Assembly (NCBI GenBank): GCA_002347965.1 | Contig: DDYN01000031.1 | Location: 20,177-84,176 of the forward strand | Source of the DNA: Nitrospirae bacterium UBA2233 | GTDB lineage: Bacteria > UBA2233 | DNA length: 64,000 nt | Direction of reading: 5' to 3' | Shown: in pieces, positions 11,036-20,359 of the stretch | How positions within the stretch are numbered: position 1 is the first letter of the stretch | Layout of the letters: every line of letters begins with the position of its first letter | Notes under the pieces: generated by a model | What the model was told of the DNA's origin: nothing | Database searches by the model: none | The model's input: the letters and a program-made list of their open reading frames with translations, nothing else | Program-made: the position numbers and the translations under genes

Positions 11036-11151
11036 CGGAGCCCTTCACCTTTCTTTTGGCTTGAGGCGATAATCTTCCAGACACAAAACGCGCTGAGGAC
11101 AATGATAGCCGACCAGGATAATACCATTAGAGCAAGGCCATAGCCGTTCAT
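11032..11151 (-). CDS. Putative 39-aa single-TM small subunit of the NSS transporter (MetS-like)
   Basis: MNGYGLALMVLSWSAIIVLSAFCVWKIIASSQKKGEGLR; ATGA overlaps with both the transporter stop and the PTPS start. Confidence 0.72.
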   Translation of the reverse strand: MNGYGLALMVLSWSAIIVLSAFCVWKIIASSQKKGEGLR

Positions 11152-12710
11152 TCTGGAACCTCCAGGGCTGTCATCTGGGTGAGCCGTTCTTTCTTGAGCT
11201 TGATGAGCACGCAAATCACGCTGAACATGACGAGCACGAACGCCCTGGCCGCCCAGCGCGTGCCTATATGTTCCTTGGGAATCCCCTCGAAAAACAAAAA
11301 CGCCGGCGCTTCCTTTACGCACCACGCTAGGAGCAATACAAGAAGTGCGACTGGTGTAACCCATGTGAGCAGAGGCTTGAAGAAGGAAGGGACTGCGATG
11401 TCGTTGTCTCGCGTAATCTCTTTCCAGGCCCTGTTTGCCCCGAACACCCACACGAACAAGACAACCTCGATGAGCCCAAAAAAAACGATCCCCATAGTCC
11501 CAGCGATAAAGTCCAGCTCATCCAAATACCCTTTACCCAAAAAGAAGTAAACGGGCTGGACGCACGCGAACATCACGACCCCTACGATCGAGGACGCCCT
11601 GGTCGAGTCCATGTCGAAGGCGCTGGCCAAAAAATGCACGCTCGGCTGGATCAAAGCGATCGAGCTCGTGATGCCGGCAAAGAATAAAAGTAGAAACCAA
11701 AAGAAGGCAAAGAGCCTGCCGGCCGGGATTTGCGTGAAGATCACGGGCATCGAGACAAACCCCAAATCGAAGCTGCCGCCCTTGGCGATCTCAACCGTCA
11801 TCTGAGGCCCGAAAAACAGGTAGGCCGCGATGATACCGATCGAAGCACCCAAGATTACCTCGCACGCCTCGTTTAGAGACACGGCGGTTAGGCCGCTTAG
11901 CGCAATGTCGTCGTTTTTGTGCAAATAAGTAGCGTACGTAAGGATCTGACCCCAGCCCAACGACAGCGTGAAGAAAACCTGCCCCGCCGCGGCGAGCCAA
12001 ACCCCCGGGTTGGTGAGCGCCTTGAAGTCCGGGTTCCACAAGAACCCGAGTGCGGCGTTAAGGTTCCAATCGGGCCGAAAAGGAGAGCCAAGGCTGAACA
12101 CCCGAACGACCAAAACCAGCCCCATAAAGAATAAAAGCGGCATCGCTAGCTTTGAAAACCACTCTATTCCTTTTGAAATGCCGCGTGAGAGGATCCAGAG
12201 GTTGATAACGAGCGTTACGAGCAAAAAAAAGTAAGCCCAACCCCCGCCCTGAAAGAATTCGTTTCTTTCGAGGCCCTGGAAGCCCTTCAAGAAGCTCGCC
12301 ATCTGAGTGTGCTCGGTAATCCGCTCAAAGCGGCCTGTAAGCGCAAAGAAGCTGTATGCCAGGCTCCAGGATTCGATGTAGACGTAGTATACGCTGACAA
12401 CGAACGTTAAAAGAATGCCGATTCCGCCTAAGTACTTAGCGACGCGCCTTGGCCACAGAAGGTGAAACACGCTGGGCAGCGAGCCACGGGTAAAGGCCCC
12501 TCCGTACCGCCCCATCGCCCATTCCATCCACATTAAAGGGATGCCGAGGATCACGAGCGACACGAGGTAGGGGATAATGAATGCCCCGCCGCCGTTCTGA
12601 CTGGCCTGCACGGGAAAACGAAGGAAGTTGCCAAGGCCCACGGCAGACCCAGCCATGGCGAGGATCATCCCCCACCTGGACGCCCAGCCGTCGTGCTTTG
12701 TCCCTTCCAT
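11148..12710 (-). CDS. Sodium-dependent transporter, NSS/SNF (LeuT-like) family
   Basis: AMAGSAVGLGNFLRFP, GGGAFIIPY and AAGQVFFTLSLG; about 12 TM. Confidence 0.95.
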   Translation of the reverse strand: MEGTKHDGWASRWGMILAMAGSAVGLGNFLRFPVQASQNGGGAFIIPYLVSLVILGIPLMWMEWAMGRYGGAFTRGSLPSVFHLLWPRRVAKYLGGIGILLTFVVSVYYVYIESWSLAYSFFALTGRFERITEHTQMASFLKGFQGLERNEFFQGGGWAYFFLLVTLVINLWILSRGISKGIEWFSKLAMPLLFFMGLVLVVRVFSLGSPFRPDWNLNAALGFLWNPDFKALTNPGVWLAAAGQVFFTLSLGWGQILTYATYLHKNDDIALSGLTAVSLNEACEVILGASIGIIAAYLFFGPQMTVEIAKGGSFDLGFVSMPVIFTQIPAGRLFAFFWFLLLFFAGITSSIALIQPSVHFLASAFDMDSTRASSIVGVVMFACVQPVYFFLGKGYLDELDFIAGTMGIVFFGLIEVVLFVWVFGANRAWKEITRDNDIAVPSFFKPLLTWVTPVALLVLLLAWCVKEAPAFLFFEGIPKEHIGTRWAARAFVLVMFSVICVLIKLKKERLTQMTALEVPE

Positions 12711-12760
12711 TGGTATTGTCCCGCAAAGGTTTTAAGTGACAAAACATCCCCCGCCGGTCT

Positions 12761-12789
12761 ATTATGCCAACGGAGCGGCCTCATTTCAA
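12761..12789 (-). promoter_or_regulatory. sigma70 promoter of the NSS-PTPS-amidohydrolase-amt operon
   Basis: TTGAAA, 17 nt, CATAAT with a TGn extension. Confidence 0.6.
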
Positions 12790-12954
12790 GGAGGATGAGA
12801 ATTGCAACGCAATAAACAAAACTTGTTCCTTAATGTCCCTTAAAAAAGGAGGGCGCCCAGACGTTCGATGGCTCGAGGATTACGATAGGAGCGTGCAATG
12901 CGCGATGGGACGGGTGCTTTTCGCTCGAAACCCCCTTGGGAAAGCGCTTCTATC

Positions 12955-13878
12955 TTACCTTATGCCCGCGTAAACGCCCTTAGGAGAATTGATTCTCGAT
13001 AAGACGAAGCGCATGAGGGCTTCTTTATCTTCAAAGGTATGGCGCTCGCATGGGAACACGACAAACTCCTTGGGGTCGCTTGCGGCACGGAAGAGGTCGA
13101 GAGCCCTTGGCAGCGTGACGGTTGCATCGAGCGCACCGTGGAGCAACAAGACAGGGGTTGGCGAGAGCAGGCCGATGGAGTCCTTCATCCGTACTCTGTT
13201 GCCGTCGATGACGAGCTCTTCGAAGGACGTCTGATCGAATAAGATCCCTCCTACCGGCTTAGGGGAACGAAAGAACAGCTCAAGAACGGGGAAGCCCCCG
13301 TTTTCCACCCTAAGGTTCAGCATATCGAGCAACGGCTGCATGCGATACAAGTCGCCTAGCTTTGAGGGCGAGGCAACCGACACGACGAGCTCAACAAGGT
13401 CCTTGGCGCGGGTCGTTCCGAGCATGCAGCCCAGCGAAGCCCCCAGCGAATGGCCATACACAACAAGACGCTTCTTGGGGTATGCCTCCTTCAGCCAAAC
13501 GATCAGCGTTTCCAGGTCGGAAAGGCTGCCTAGAAACGAGAACGGAACCTTGGAATCCCCGTGTCCACGTTGATCGAACCCTACCCAGCCGATTCCATCG
13601 GCCTCCAACATGGACTTTTCTTTAAGGAAGCCCCCCTTCGTGCCGCCCATCCCGTGAAGGAACACGACCAACACGTCGGCGCCTTCTACGAGGTTCGCCA
13701 AGCAAGGAATTTCCACTCTGTCGGCTGGGTTTGTTAAGGCGAACGCCTTGGGTTCGCTCCATTGAAACTCCTGCGCGCAGAGAGCAAGCCCGGCCTCAAA
13801 TACCCAGCCCCCCGCTACGGCAAACCCGCAAAGTGTCCCAACGAAGGCCACCAGCAGGCGTAAGCCTACGCTATGCAC
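12955..13878 (-). CDS. Exported or membrane-anchored alpha/beta hydrolase
   Basis: N-terminal hydrophobic segment; HGMGG, GHSLG nucleophile elbow, LLHGALD and C-terminal His. Confidence 0.85.
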   Translation of the reverse strand: MHSVGLRLLVAFVGTLCGFAVAGGWVFEAGLALCAQEFQWSEPKAFALTNPADRVEIPCLANLVEGADVLVVFLHGMGGTKGGFLKEKSMLEADGIGWVGFDQRGHGDSKVPFSFLGSLSDLETLIVWLKEAYPKKRLVVYGHSLGASLGCMLGTTRAKDLVELVVSVASPSKLGDLYRMQPLLDMLNLRVENGGFPVLELFFRSPKPVGGILFDQTSFEELVIDGNRVRMKDSIGLLSPTPVLLLHGALDATVTLPRALDLFRAASDPKEFVVFPCERHTFEDKEALMRFVLSRINSPKGVYAGIR

Positions 13879-13880
13879 GA

Positions 13881-14264
13881 CTAAGATAGCGCGCTAAGCC
13901 TTGGAGTAGGGCTTTTTTCTGCCACGATCCTGTTTTTTTCGTCTACATACACAAGCCTCGGGCGATGATGCGCAACCTCTTCGTTCGTAAGCGTGTCAAA
14001 CGCGGCGATAATGACAATATCGCCCTTCTTGGCCAGGTGTGCAGCCGCCCCGTTGATGACGACCTCGCCCGTATCCCTTCCCCCAAGAATCGCGTAGGTC
14101 TCAAAGCGCGTTCCGCTGGTTACGTTCCAGACATGCACCTGCTCGAACGGTAGAATCCCAGAGGCCTCCAGGACCCTTGCGTCTATCGTGATCGAGCCCT
14201 CGTAGTCCAGGTTGGCATCGGTCACTCTCGCCCGGTGAATCTTCGCTTTCAGCATCGTCTTCAT
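13881..14264 (-). CDS. panD: Aspartate 1-decarboxylase
   Basis: KAKIHRA, YEG/SITID self-cleavage site, RFETY and NGAAA. Confidence 0.97.
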   Translation of the reverse strand: MKTMLKAKIHRARVTDANLDYEGSITIDARVLEASGILPFEQVHVWNVTSGTRFETYAILGGRDTGEVVINGAAAHLAKKGDIVIIAAFDTLTNEEVAHHRPRLVYVDEKNRIVAEKSPTPRLSALS

Positions 14265-14278
14265 ACTCACTCCTTTCT

Positions 14279-15118
14279 TTAAAGACGAACGTTATCGATC
14301 AGCCTAGCCCTTCCCACTCTCGCGGCAACCATCATTCTGCATCCCGGGTAAGCTTGGTTTGGGGTTTCGAGTGTTTCCGGTTCGATCAGGGTCACGTAGT
14401 CCAACGTCTCGATACCGGATTCCAAAAGAGCCTTCCTCACGATCGCAACGAGCACATCCGGGTCTTTTGTCCCGCGCTCAAAGCACACTCTGCCCGCTTG
14501 TAGCCCAAGAAATATCCCCGCCGCTAGCTGGCGCTCTCGAGGAATGAGGTAAGCATTCCTGGAAGAAAGCGCAAGGCCGTCTTTCTCTCGCACCGTTTCT
14601 ATAGCCTCGAGGGCCACTTGAAGGTTCAAATCTTTGACCATTCTTTGAAGGATGACGAACTGCTGGAAGTCTTTCTCGCCAAAAAGCGCGAGGTCAGGCG
14701 ATACGATCTCGAACAGCTTCAGGACAACCGTGGCCACCCCGTCAAAATGCCCTGGCCGAAACGCCCCGCAGAGCTTTTCAGAGAGCCCTTCCACCCGAAC
14801 TTTCGTAGTAAAGCCCTTGGGGTACATCTCTTGAGCTTCTGGTGCAAACACAAGGTCTACCCCTTCTGCCCGGCATAGCTCCAAGTCTTTCTCGAGCGTG
14901 CTGGGGTAGCGTGCGTAGTCCTCGCTCGGACCGAATTGGGCTGGGTTCACAAAAATGCTCACGACCGCCACGTCGCTTTTTTGCCTGCACGCTCGAATGA
15001 GAGCCCTGTGGCCTTCATGGAGCGCGCCCATCGTGGGGACGAGGCCGACACGCCGATCGGCCCGGCTCTTTGAAGCCAGCCATTCCCTTGTGGACCGGAT
15101 AGTCGCCTTCTTTTCCAC
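14279..15118 (-). CDS. panC: Pantoate--beta-alanine ligase
   Basis: VPTMGALHEGH, SIFVNPAQF, RPGHFDGV, FGEKDFQQ and LSSRN. Confidence 0.97.
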   Translation of the reverse strand: MEKKATIRSTREWLASKSRADRRVGLVPTMGALHEGHRALIRACRQKSDVAVVSIFVNPAQFGPSEDYARYPSTLEKDLELCRAEGVDLVFAPEAQEMYPKGFTTKVRVEGLSEKLCGAFRPGHFDGVATVVLKLFEIVSPDLALFGEKDFQQFVILQRMVKDLNLQVALEAIETVREKDGLALSSRNAYLIPRERQLAAGIFLGLQAGRVCFERGTKDPDVLVAIVRKALLESGIETLDYVTLIEPETLETPNQAYPGCRMMVAARVGRARLIDNVRL

Positions 15119-15123
15119 GACCC

Positions 15124-15921
15124 CTACCCGTACGTTTCGTCGGGCCCGGGAAAGGATCCTTCCCGAACGGCTGAGGCGAACGCAGTAAGCGCGTTCCGCG
15201 CCTCTTGAGAGGTTTTTCCGAACGCGCGGGCAAGCTTAGGAGGAGAGGGGCTGATTCCGACTACGTCGTGGAACACCAAGATTTGCCCGTCTGTGTAGGG
15301 CCCGGCCCCGATCCCGATCGTAGGGATGGAAAGCCGCGTCGTAAGGCTCCTGGCAACCTCGGAGCGAGTGCCCTCAATCACGACAGAAAAGGCCCCGGCC
15401 GCCTCGAGGCTGAGGGCGTCCTCGAGCAGCCTGCTTGCCGATTCTTCGGTTTTGCCCTGGATGCGGTACCCCGCCATGGCCCGAACATGCTGGGGCATGA
15501 GGCCGATATGGCCCATTACCGGGATACCTGCTTCGACCATGGCTCGGACCGTGGGGGCGACCTCTTTCCCGCCTTCGAGCTTGACGGCAACGGCGCGGGT
15601 TTCCTTGAGCACCCTTCCTGCGGCCTTAAGCGCGGCTGGAACGCTAGTTTGATAGCTCATGAACGGCAGGTCTACGATGACGGGGAGAGCCTTGGCTCCC
15701 CTCGAAACAGCCTTAGCGTGGTGAAGCACCTCGCCTAGCGTCACGGGCAGGGTCGTTTCGTAGCCGAGCTCGACCATACCCAACGAATCACCGACCAAAA
15801 TCGCGTCCACCCCTGCCTCCTCGGCAAGATGGGCCTGCCAGGAGGTATAGGCCGTGACCATCGCCAGGGTTCGTCCTGGTTTGGAGCGGAACAAAAGCGT
15901 CCCTTCAAACACGCGCGGCAT
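15124..15921 (-). CDS. panB: 3-methyl-2-oxobutanoate hydroxymethyltransferase
   Basis: ILVGDSLGM, KLEGG, GHIGLMPQ and TIGIGAG..DGQILV. Confidence 0.97.
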   Translation of the reverse strand: MPRVFEGTLLFRSKPGRTLAMVTAYTSWQAHLAEEAGVDAILVGDSLGMVELGYETTLPVTLGEVLHHAKAVSRGAKALPVIVDLPFMSYQTSVPAALKAAGRVLKETRAVAVKLEGGKEVAPTVRAMVEAGIPVMGHIGLMPQHVRAMAGYRIQGKTEESASRLLEDALSLEAAGAFSVVIEGTRSEVARSLTTRLSIPTIGIGAGPYTDGQILVFHDVVGISPSPPKLARAFGKTSQEARNALTAFASAVREGSFPGPDETYG

Positions 15922-15969
15922 CGCGACGCCTTCCCTTAAGTTCCTTAAGAAAATTTGACCACAATAACG

Positions 15970-16088
15970 CTGGAATCAGCAGGACCGGAGCAAACCAAAG
16001 ACGGGCGGAACGCCAGGCTCCCTTACCCGCATAGAAGGGCTGACACGCTTACATTCTCTCGGTCCCGGTCCTTGCAAGATCCAGGCCT
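15970..16088 (-). ncRNA. pan RNA motif-like structured 5' leader of panBCD
   Basis: Minus strand CCUGGAUCUUGCAAGGACCGGGACCGAG can pair with distal CUCCGGUCCUGCUGAUUCCAG. It resembles the pan motif core (from recall) and lies directly 5' of panB. Confidence 0.65.
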
Positions 16089-16187
16089 CATTTTTATTCA
16101 AGCATTAAGAGAAAAAAAGAGCAAGATATAAAAGCCTTGCACGGCCAGGCTAATCTATGTTTGGATGAAAATCAGGAGGTTAGGAGC

Positions 16188-17339
16188 GTGAAACTTGGAG
16201 TTCTCAAGGAAACCTGCGAGGGCGAAAGGCGCGTTTCCCTCGTGCCCGAGCTAATCTCTGCCTACGCGAAGCTCGGGATCGAAGTCTTTTTCGAGCCCGG
16301 CGCGGGGGAAGACGCAAACTTCGGCGACGAGGCCTACCTTGGAAAAGGAGCAAAGTCCACACCCAAGAATCGACTTCTTCACGATTCCGACATCTTACTT
16401 TGTGTGCGCGCCCTTGGCGCCAACCCGAAGAGTTACCGGGACGACCTGGAAAAAATGCACCCCGGGCAGCTCTTGGTGGGCTTTTTGGACCCACTAGATG
16501 CTCCCTCGGCCATCCAAGAGGCGGCCAAAAAAGGCGTCACGGCATTTGCCATCGAACTTTTGCCCAGGATAACGCGTGCCCAGAGTATGGACGCGCTTTC
16601 TTCGATGGCCACTATCACGGGCTATAAGGCGGCCGTCATCGCTGCCGAGGCCCTGCCCAAGATCTTTCCTATGCTCATGACGGCCGCCGGCACGCTCTTG
16701 CCGGCCAGAGTGTTCGTGATCGGTGCCGGGGTGGCCGGGCTCATGGCCATCGCAACGGCCAAACGACTAGGCGCCAAGGTTCGGGCCTACGACGTCCGGC
16801 CGTCCGTCAAGGAGCAGATCCAAAGTTTGGGAGCCAGCTTTGTCGAGCTAGGCCTCGAGCAAAAAAAGGCCGAGGACGAATCTGGGTACGCCAGGGCGAT
16901 GGACGAGTCTTTCTACCAAAAACAGCGGGAACTTTTAGGCGAGGTTCTTTCGGAATCAGACGTGGTTATCTCTACCGCGCTTGTTCCCGGCAAACTCGCG
17001 CCCGTCTTGATTACGGAGGCAATGGTCCAGGCCATGCCAAAAGGTTCTGTCATCGTGGACGTCGCCGCAGAACGGGGTGGAAACTGCGAGTTGACCAAAC
17101 CCGGCAGCGTGGCCGTAAAGCACGGCGTGACGATTTTAGGGCCTACAAACCTTCCTTCCAGTGTGCCGCAGCATGCAAGTATGATGTTTGCCAGGAATAT
17201 GTTCAACTTCCTCAAGCCGATATTCACGGAAGGCAGGCTCGAGATCGACCTTGAGGACCAGGTCTTGCGAGAAGCACTCGTCGCCAAGGACGGCAATGTC
17301 GTTCACCCAAGGGTTATTGACCTGCTTCGAGGGGGATAG
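16188..17339 (+). CDS. pntAA: NAD(P) transhydrogenase subunit alpha, part 1 (GTG start 16188)
   Basis: LPRITRAQSMDALSS, IGAGVAGL and GGNCELT; AGGAG SD. Confidence 0.95.
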   Translation: MKLGVLKETCEGERRVSLVPELISAYAKLGIEVFFEPGAGEDANFGDEAYLGKGAKSTPKNRLLHDSDILLCVRALGANPKSYRDDLEKMHPGQLLVGFLDPLDAPSAIQEAAKKGVTAFAIELLPRITRAQSMDALSSMATITGYKAAVIAAEALPKIFPMLMTAAGTLLPARVFVIGAGVAGLMAIATAKRLGAKVRAYDVRPSVKEQIQSLGASFVELGLEQKKAEDESGYARAMDESFYQKQRELLGEVLSESDVVISTALVPGKLAPVLITEAMVQAMPKGSVIVDVAAERGGNCELTKPGSVAVKHGVTILGPTNLPSSVPQHASMMFARNMFNFLKPIFTEGRLEIDLEDQVLREALVAKDGNVVHPRVIDLLRGG

Positions 17340-17344
17340 AAGGC

Positions 17345-17632
17345 ATGGATGTATTCATCGGGCTGCTGACCATATTTGTCCTCGCCATGTTCGTTGGGTT
17401 CGAGGTGATCACCAAGATCCCTCCCATCTTGCACACGCCTTTGATGTCCGGCTCGAACGCAATCTCCGGCATTACGATCATCGGGGCCATCCTTTCTGCG
17501 GGCACAAAGCTTACCATGCTGACCACGGTCCTTAGCTTCCTTGCCGTCGTGCTCGCCATGGCAAACGTCGTGGGCGGCTTTTTGATCACCCACAGGATGC
17601 TTCGCATGTTCCGGACGAAGGGGCGCGCATGA
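17345..17632 (+). CDS. pntAB: NAD(P) transhydrogenase subunit alpha, part 2
   Basis: LHTPLMSGSNAISG and NVVGGF..THRML. Confidence 0.95.
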   Translation: MDVFIGLLTIFVLAMFVGFEVITKIPPILHTPLMSGSNAISGITIIGAILSAGTKLTMLTTVLSFLAVVLAMANVVGGFLITHRMLRMFRTKGRA

Positions 17633-19026
17633 ACCCCGCCGTAGTCCAGCTTGCCTACCTCTTCTCTTGCATCCTGTTCATCGCAGGGTTCATGCAGCTT
17701 TCACGCCCCAAGACCGCCAAGCGGGGGAATCTTTTGGGGGCATCCGGAATGCTCTTGGCCATCGTGGTCACGCTGCTCGATAAACAGATCGTGAGCTTCG
17801 AGATTATCCTTGTAGGGCTTTTGGTGGGTACGGCGCTCGGCATATTTACGGCGCTTACCACCCCCATGACGGCCATGCCACAGATGGTCGGGCTGTTAAA
17901 CGGGTTCGGCGGCGCGGCCTCCGCCCTTGTTGCGGGCGCCGCGCTGTTCGAAATACTGAGCCTTGGCAACCCTTTGACGCTGCAGTTTCGCATCGCCACG
18001 GCAGCCTCCAGCCTCATCGGTACCCTCACACTCTTTGGCAGCCTCGTCGCGGCGGGAAAGCTCCAGGGCTTAATCAAAGAGAGCCCGATCCGATACAAAG
18101 GAGAGCAATGTATCAAGCTGCTTGTTTTGTTCGTGTGTCTTTTCTTGGGTTCCATGCTTACCACACGGCCTGATACGCTCTGGGCCTACTGGGCGCTACT
18201 TGGCGTCTCCGCGCTGCTAGGGGTTCTCCTCACCGCCCCTATAGGCGGTGCGGACATGCCCGTCGTCATCTGCTTGATGAACTCCTACTCTGGGCTTGCC
18301 GGAGCGGCCACAGGGTTCGTCTTGAGCAACACGGCGCTCATCATCGCGGGCTCGCTGGTCGGTGCCTCGGGCATCATCCTCACCCAAATCATGTGCAAGG
18401 CGATGAACCGCTCACTCGCAAACGTCCTACTTGGAGGATTTGGCGAGCTCAAAGAGGATACGGCACTAGCGGGCACCATCTACGCAGGCAGAGTTAAGTC
18501 GACAGACCCAGAAGAGGTGGCCATGCTGCTCGAGGCGGCCTCGAGAGTCGTTCTGGCCCCTGGATACGGGCTTGCCGTCGCTCAGGCGCAGTACGCCGTC
18601 CGCGATTTGTACAACTACCTGACATCGCTCGGGGTCGAGGTTGATTTTGCCATTCACCCCGTTGCGGGAAGGATGCCGGGCCACATGAGCGTCCTTCTGG
18701 CCGAGGTGGACATCCCCTACGAAAAGCTCAAGGAAATAGACGAGATCAACCCAGAGTTCGAGCAGGTTGACGTCGCGATTGTCGTCGGAGCCAACGATGT
18801 CGTTAACCCACTGGCCAACACCGACCCAAACAGCCCGATCGCTGGCATGCCGATCCTTGAAGTCTACAAGGCAAAGACCGTCGTGGTAATCAAACGCAGC
18901 CTCTCGCCAGGGTTTGCCGGTGTTCCAAACCCTTTGTTTGCCTACGACAACACGCTCATGCTGTTTGCCGACGCCAAGCAGGCCCTTCAAGCCGTTCTTG
19001 CCTCCCTTAAGGAACTTAAAGCCTAA
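17629..19026 (+). CDS. pntB: NAD(P) transhydrogenase subunit beta
   Basis: IGGADMPVVI, PGYGLAVAQAQ, HPVAGRMPGHM and GANDVVNP. Confidence 0.97.
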   Translation: MNPAVVQLAYLFSCILFIAGFMQLSRPKTAKRGNLLGASGMLLAIVVTLLDKQIVSFEIILVGLLVGTALGIFTALTTPMTAMPQMVGLLNGFGGAASALVAGAALFEILSLGNPLTLQFRIATAASSLIGTLTLFGSLVAAGKLQGLIKESPIRYKGEQCIKLLVLFVCLFLGSMLTTRPDTLWAYWALLGVSALLGVLLTAPIGGADMPVVICLMNSYSGLAGAATGFVLSNTALIIAGSLVGASGIILTQIMCKAMNRSLANVLLGGFGELKEDTALAGTIYAGRVKSTDPEEVAMLLEAASRVVLAPGYGLAVAQAQYAVRDLYNYLTSLGVEVDFAIHPVAGRMPGHMSVLLAEVDIPYEKLKEIDEINPEFEQVDVAIVVGANDVVNPLANTDPNSPIAGMPILEVYKAKTVVVIKRSLSPGFAGVPNPLFAYDNTLMLFADAKQALQAVLASLKELKA

Positions 19027-19039
19027 AAGCAAGCCAACT

Positions 19040-20338
19040 ATGCAAACAAGCGTCCCGCTCGCCGAGCGTATCCGGCCGATGAACCTTGGAGCGTTCGTCG
19101 GCCAGAGACATCTGTTGTTCCGAGGGCACCCCTTAAGGGAGGCGCTCGAACAGCAAAAGCCCTTTTCTATGCTCCTTGTCGGCCCTCCTGGGTCGGGCAA
19201 AACGAGCCTTTTTGCACTCATGGCCGGCCGCTTCCCCGGGGCTATTCTGACCAAAGGCCAAGACATTACGGCCGTATGGGTTCGAAGCCTCAAAGACAAG
19301 GGCTCCCCGGTTGTCCTGCTCGTCGACGAGGCGCACAGGCTTAGCCGGATCGAGCAGGACAGGCTTCTGCCTATGATCGAGAAAGGAGAAGCCGTGTTTA
19401 TCGGGGCAACGACCGAAAACCCCAACTTCTACCTAGGCAGGGCGATTCTTTCGAGGCTTAGCGTCTTCCGGTTCGAGGCGCTAAACCCAGAAGAGATCGT
19501 CGCCATACTCAAGCGGGGGGTCCTATTCCTCCAAGGCGGCGAACAGCCGGCCGCACCCGCCTTCCTGGAGGCATGGCTCGATAAGATCGCTCGGGCGGCA
19601 AACGGAGATGCAAGGGTTGCGCTGGGAATGCTCGAGAGGGTGTACGCCCAGCTTCTTGCCAAGGGGTCGCTTCCAGAACCAGACCATGGGCGCCTTATGG
19701 AAATTGCGGGCCAAGCCCCGCTGCCCTACGACAGGACGGGCGATGAGCACTACGACGAAATTAGCGCCTTCATCAAGAGCATGCGCGGCTCCGACCCGGA
19801 TGCCGCGCTCTACTGGCTCGTTAGGATGATCGAAGGCGGAGAAGACCCGCTGTTCCTCGTAAGGCGTATGCTTATCCTGGCGGCCGAGGACATCGGCAAC
19901 GCCGACCCGAACGCGTTGGTTCTAGCCTCGGCTTTAAAGCAAACAATCGAACTCGTCGGCCTTCCCGAAGGGCTTATCCCGATGGTGCAGGTATGCATCT
20001 ACCTATCGCTCGCCCCCAAATCCAACGCGGCCTACGCCGCGCTCAACCAGGCCAAACGCGCGCTTAAAACGCTCGGCGCGAGGCCCGTCCCGGATTTTCT
20101 CAGGAACCCCGTGAGCGCGCTCGACAGAAAGCTCGGTAAGGGCGTGGGCTATATTTACCCGCACGACGACCCCGAGAGGATCGGAAACGCAAGCTTCCTC
20201 CCTAAGGGAATGGAGAGCCTCTCTTTCTATCAACCGGGCGATTTGGGCTTCGAGAAGGTCCTTAAGGACAGGCTCGAAGCCCTCAAGGCGAAAAAACGAC
20301 CCACGAGGTCGGCTAAACAGAAGCCAGAAAGCTCGTAG
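19040..20338 (+). CDS. rarA: Replication-associated recombination protein A (MgsA/RarA)
   Basis: PLAERIRP, GPPGSGKT, DEAHR, GATTENP, ISAFIKSMRGSDPDAA and YIYPHD. Confidence 0.94.
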   Translation: MQTSVPLAERIRPMNLGAFVGQRHLLFRGHPLREALEQQKPFSMLLVGPPGSGKTSLFALMAGRFPGAILTKGQDITAVWVRSLKDKGSPVVLLVDEAHRLSRIEQDRLLPMIEKGEAVFIGATTENPNFYLGRAILSRLSVFRFEALNPEEIVAILKRGVLFLQGGEQPAAPAFLEAWLDKIARAANGDARVALGMLERVYAQLLAKGSLPEPDHGRLMEIAGQAPLPYDRTGDEHYDEISAFIKSMRGSDPDAALYWLVRMIEGGEDPLFLVRRMLILAAEDIGNADPNALVLASALKQTIELVGLPEGLIPMVQVCIYLSLAPKSNAAYAALNQAKRALKTLGARPVPDFLRNPVSALDRKLGKGVGYIYPHDDPERIGNASFLPKGMESLSFYQPGDLGFEKVLKDRLEALKAKKRPTRSAKQKPESS

Positions 20339-20359
20339 CCAGGCCCATTACGGCGGCCG

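Noticed and set aside
11032..11451. 139-aa ORF in the track
   Set aside because: The first 100 codons overlap the NSS gene out of frame. Only the last 39 aa from ATG 11151 are credible.
12764..12973. 69-aa plus-strand ORF and the ATTGC-N3-GCAAT palindrome at 12801-12813
   Set aside because: The ORF overlaps the NSS promoter and has no SD or motifs. The palindrome is too short to support, and I found no clear sigma54 or NtrC site.
18914..19039. N-terminal extensions given by the track for rarA (also purA to 21811, the AAA ATPase to 27122, phoU to 45041, PGM to 51813, the kinase to 52910)
   Set aside because: They overlap upstream genes or promoters, and homology begins at the downstream ATG.
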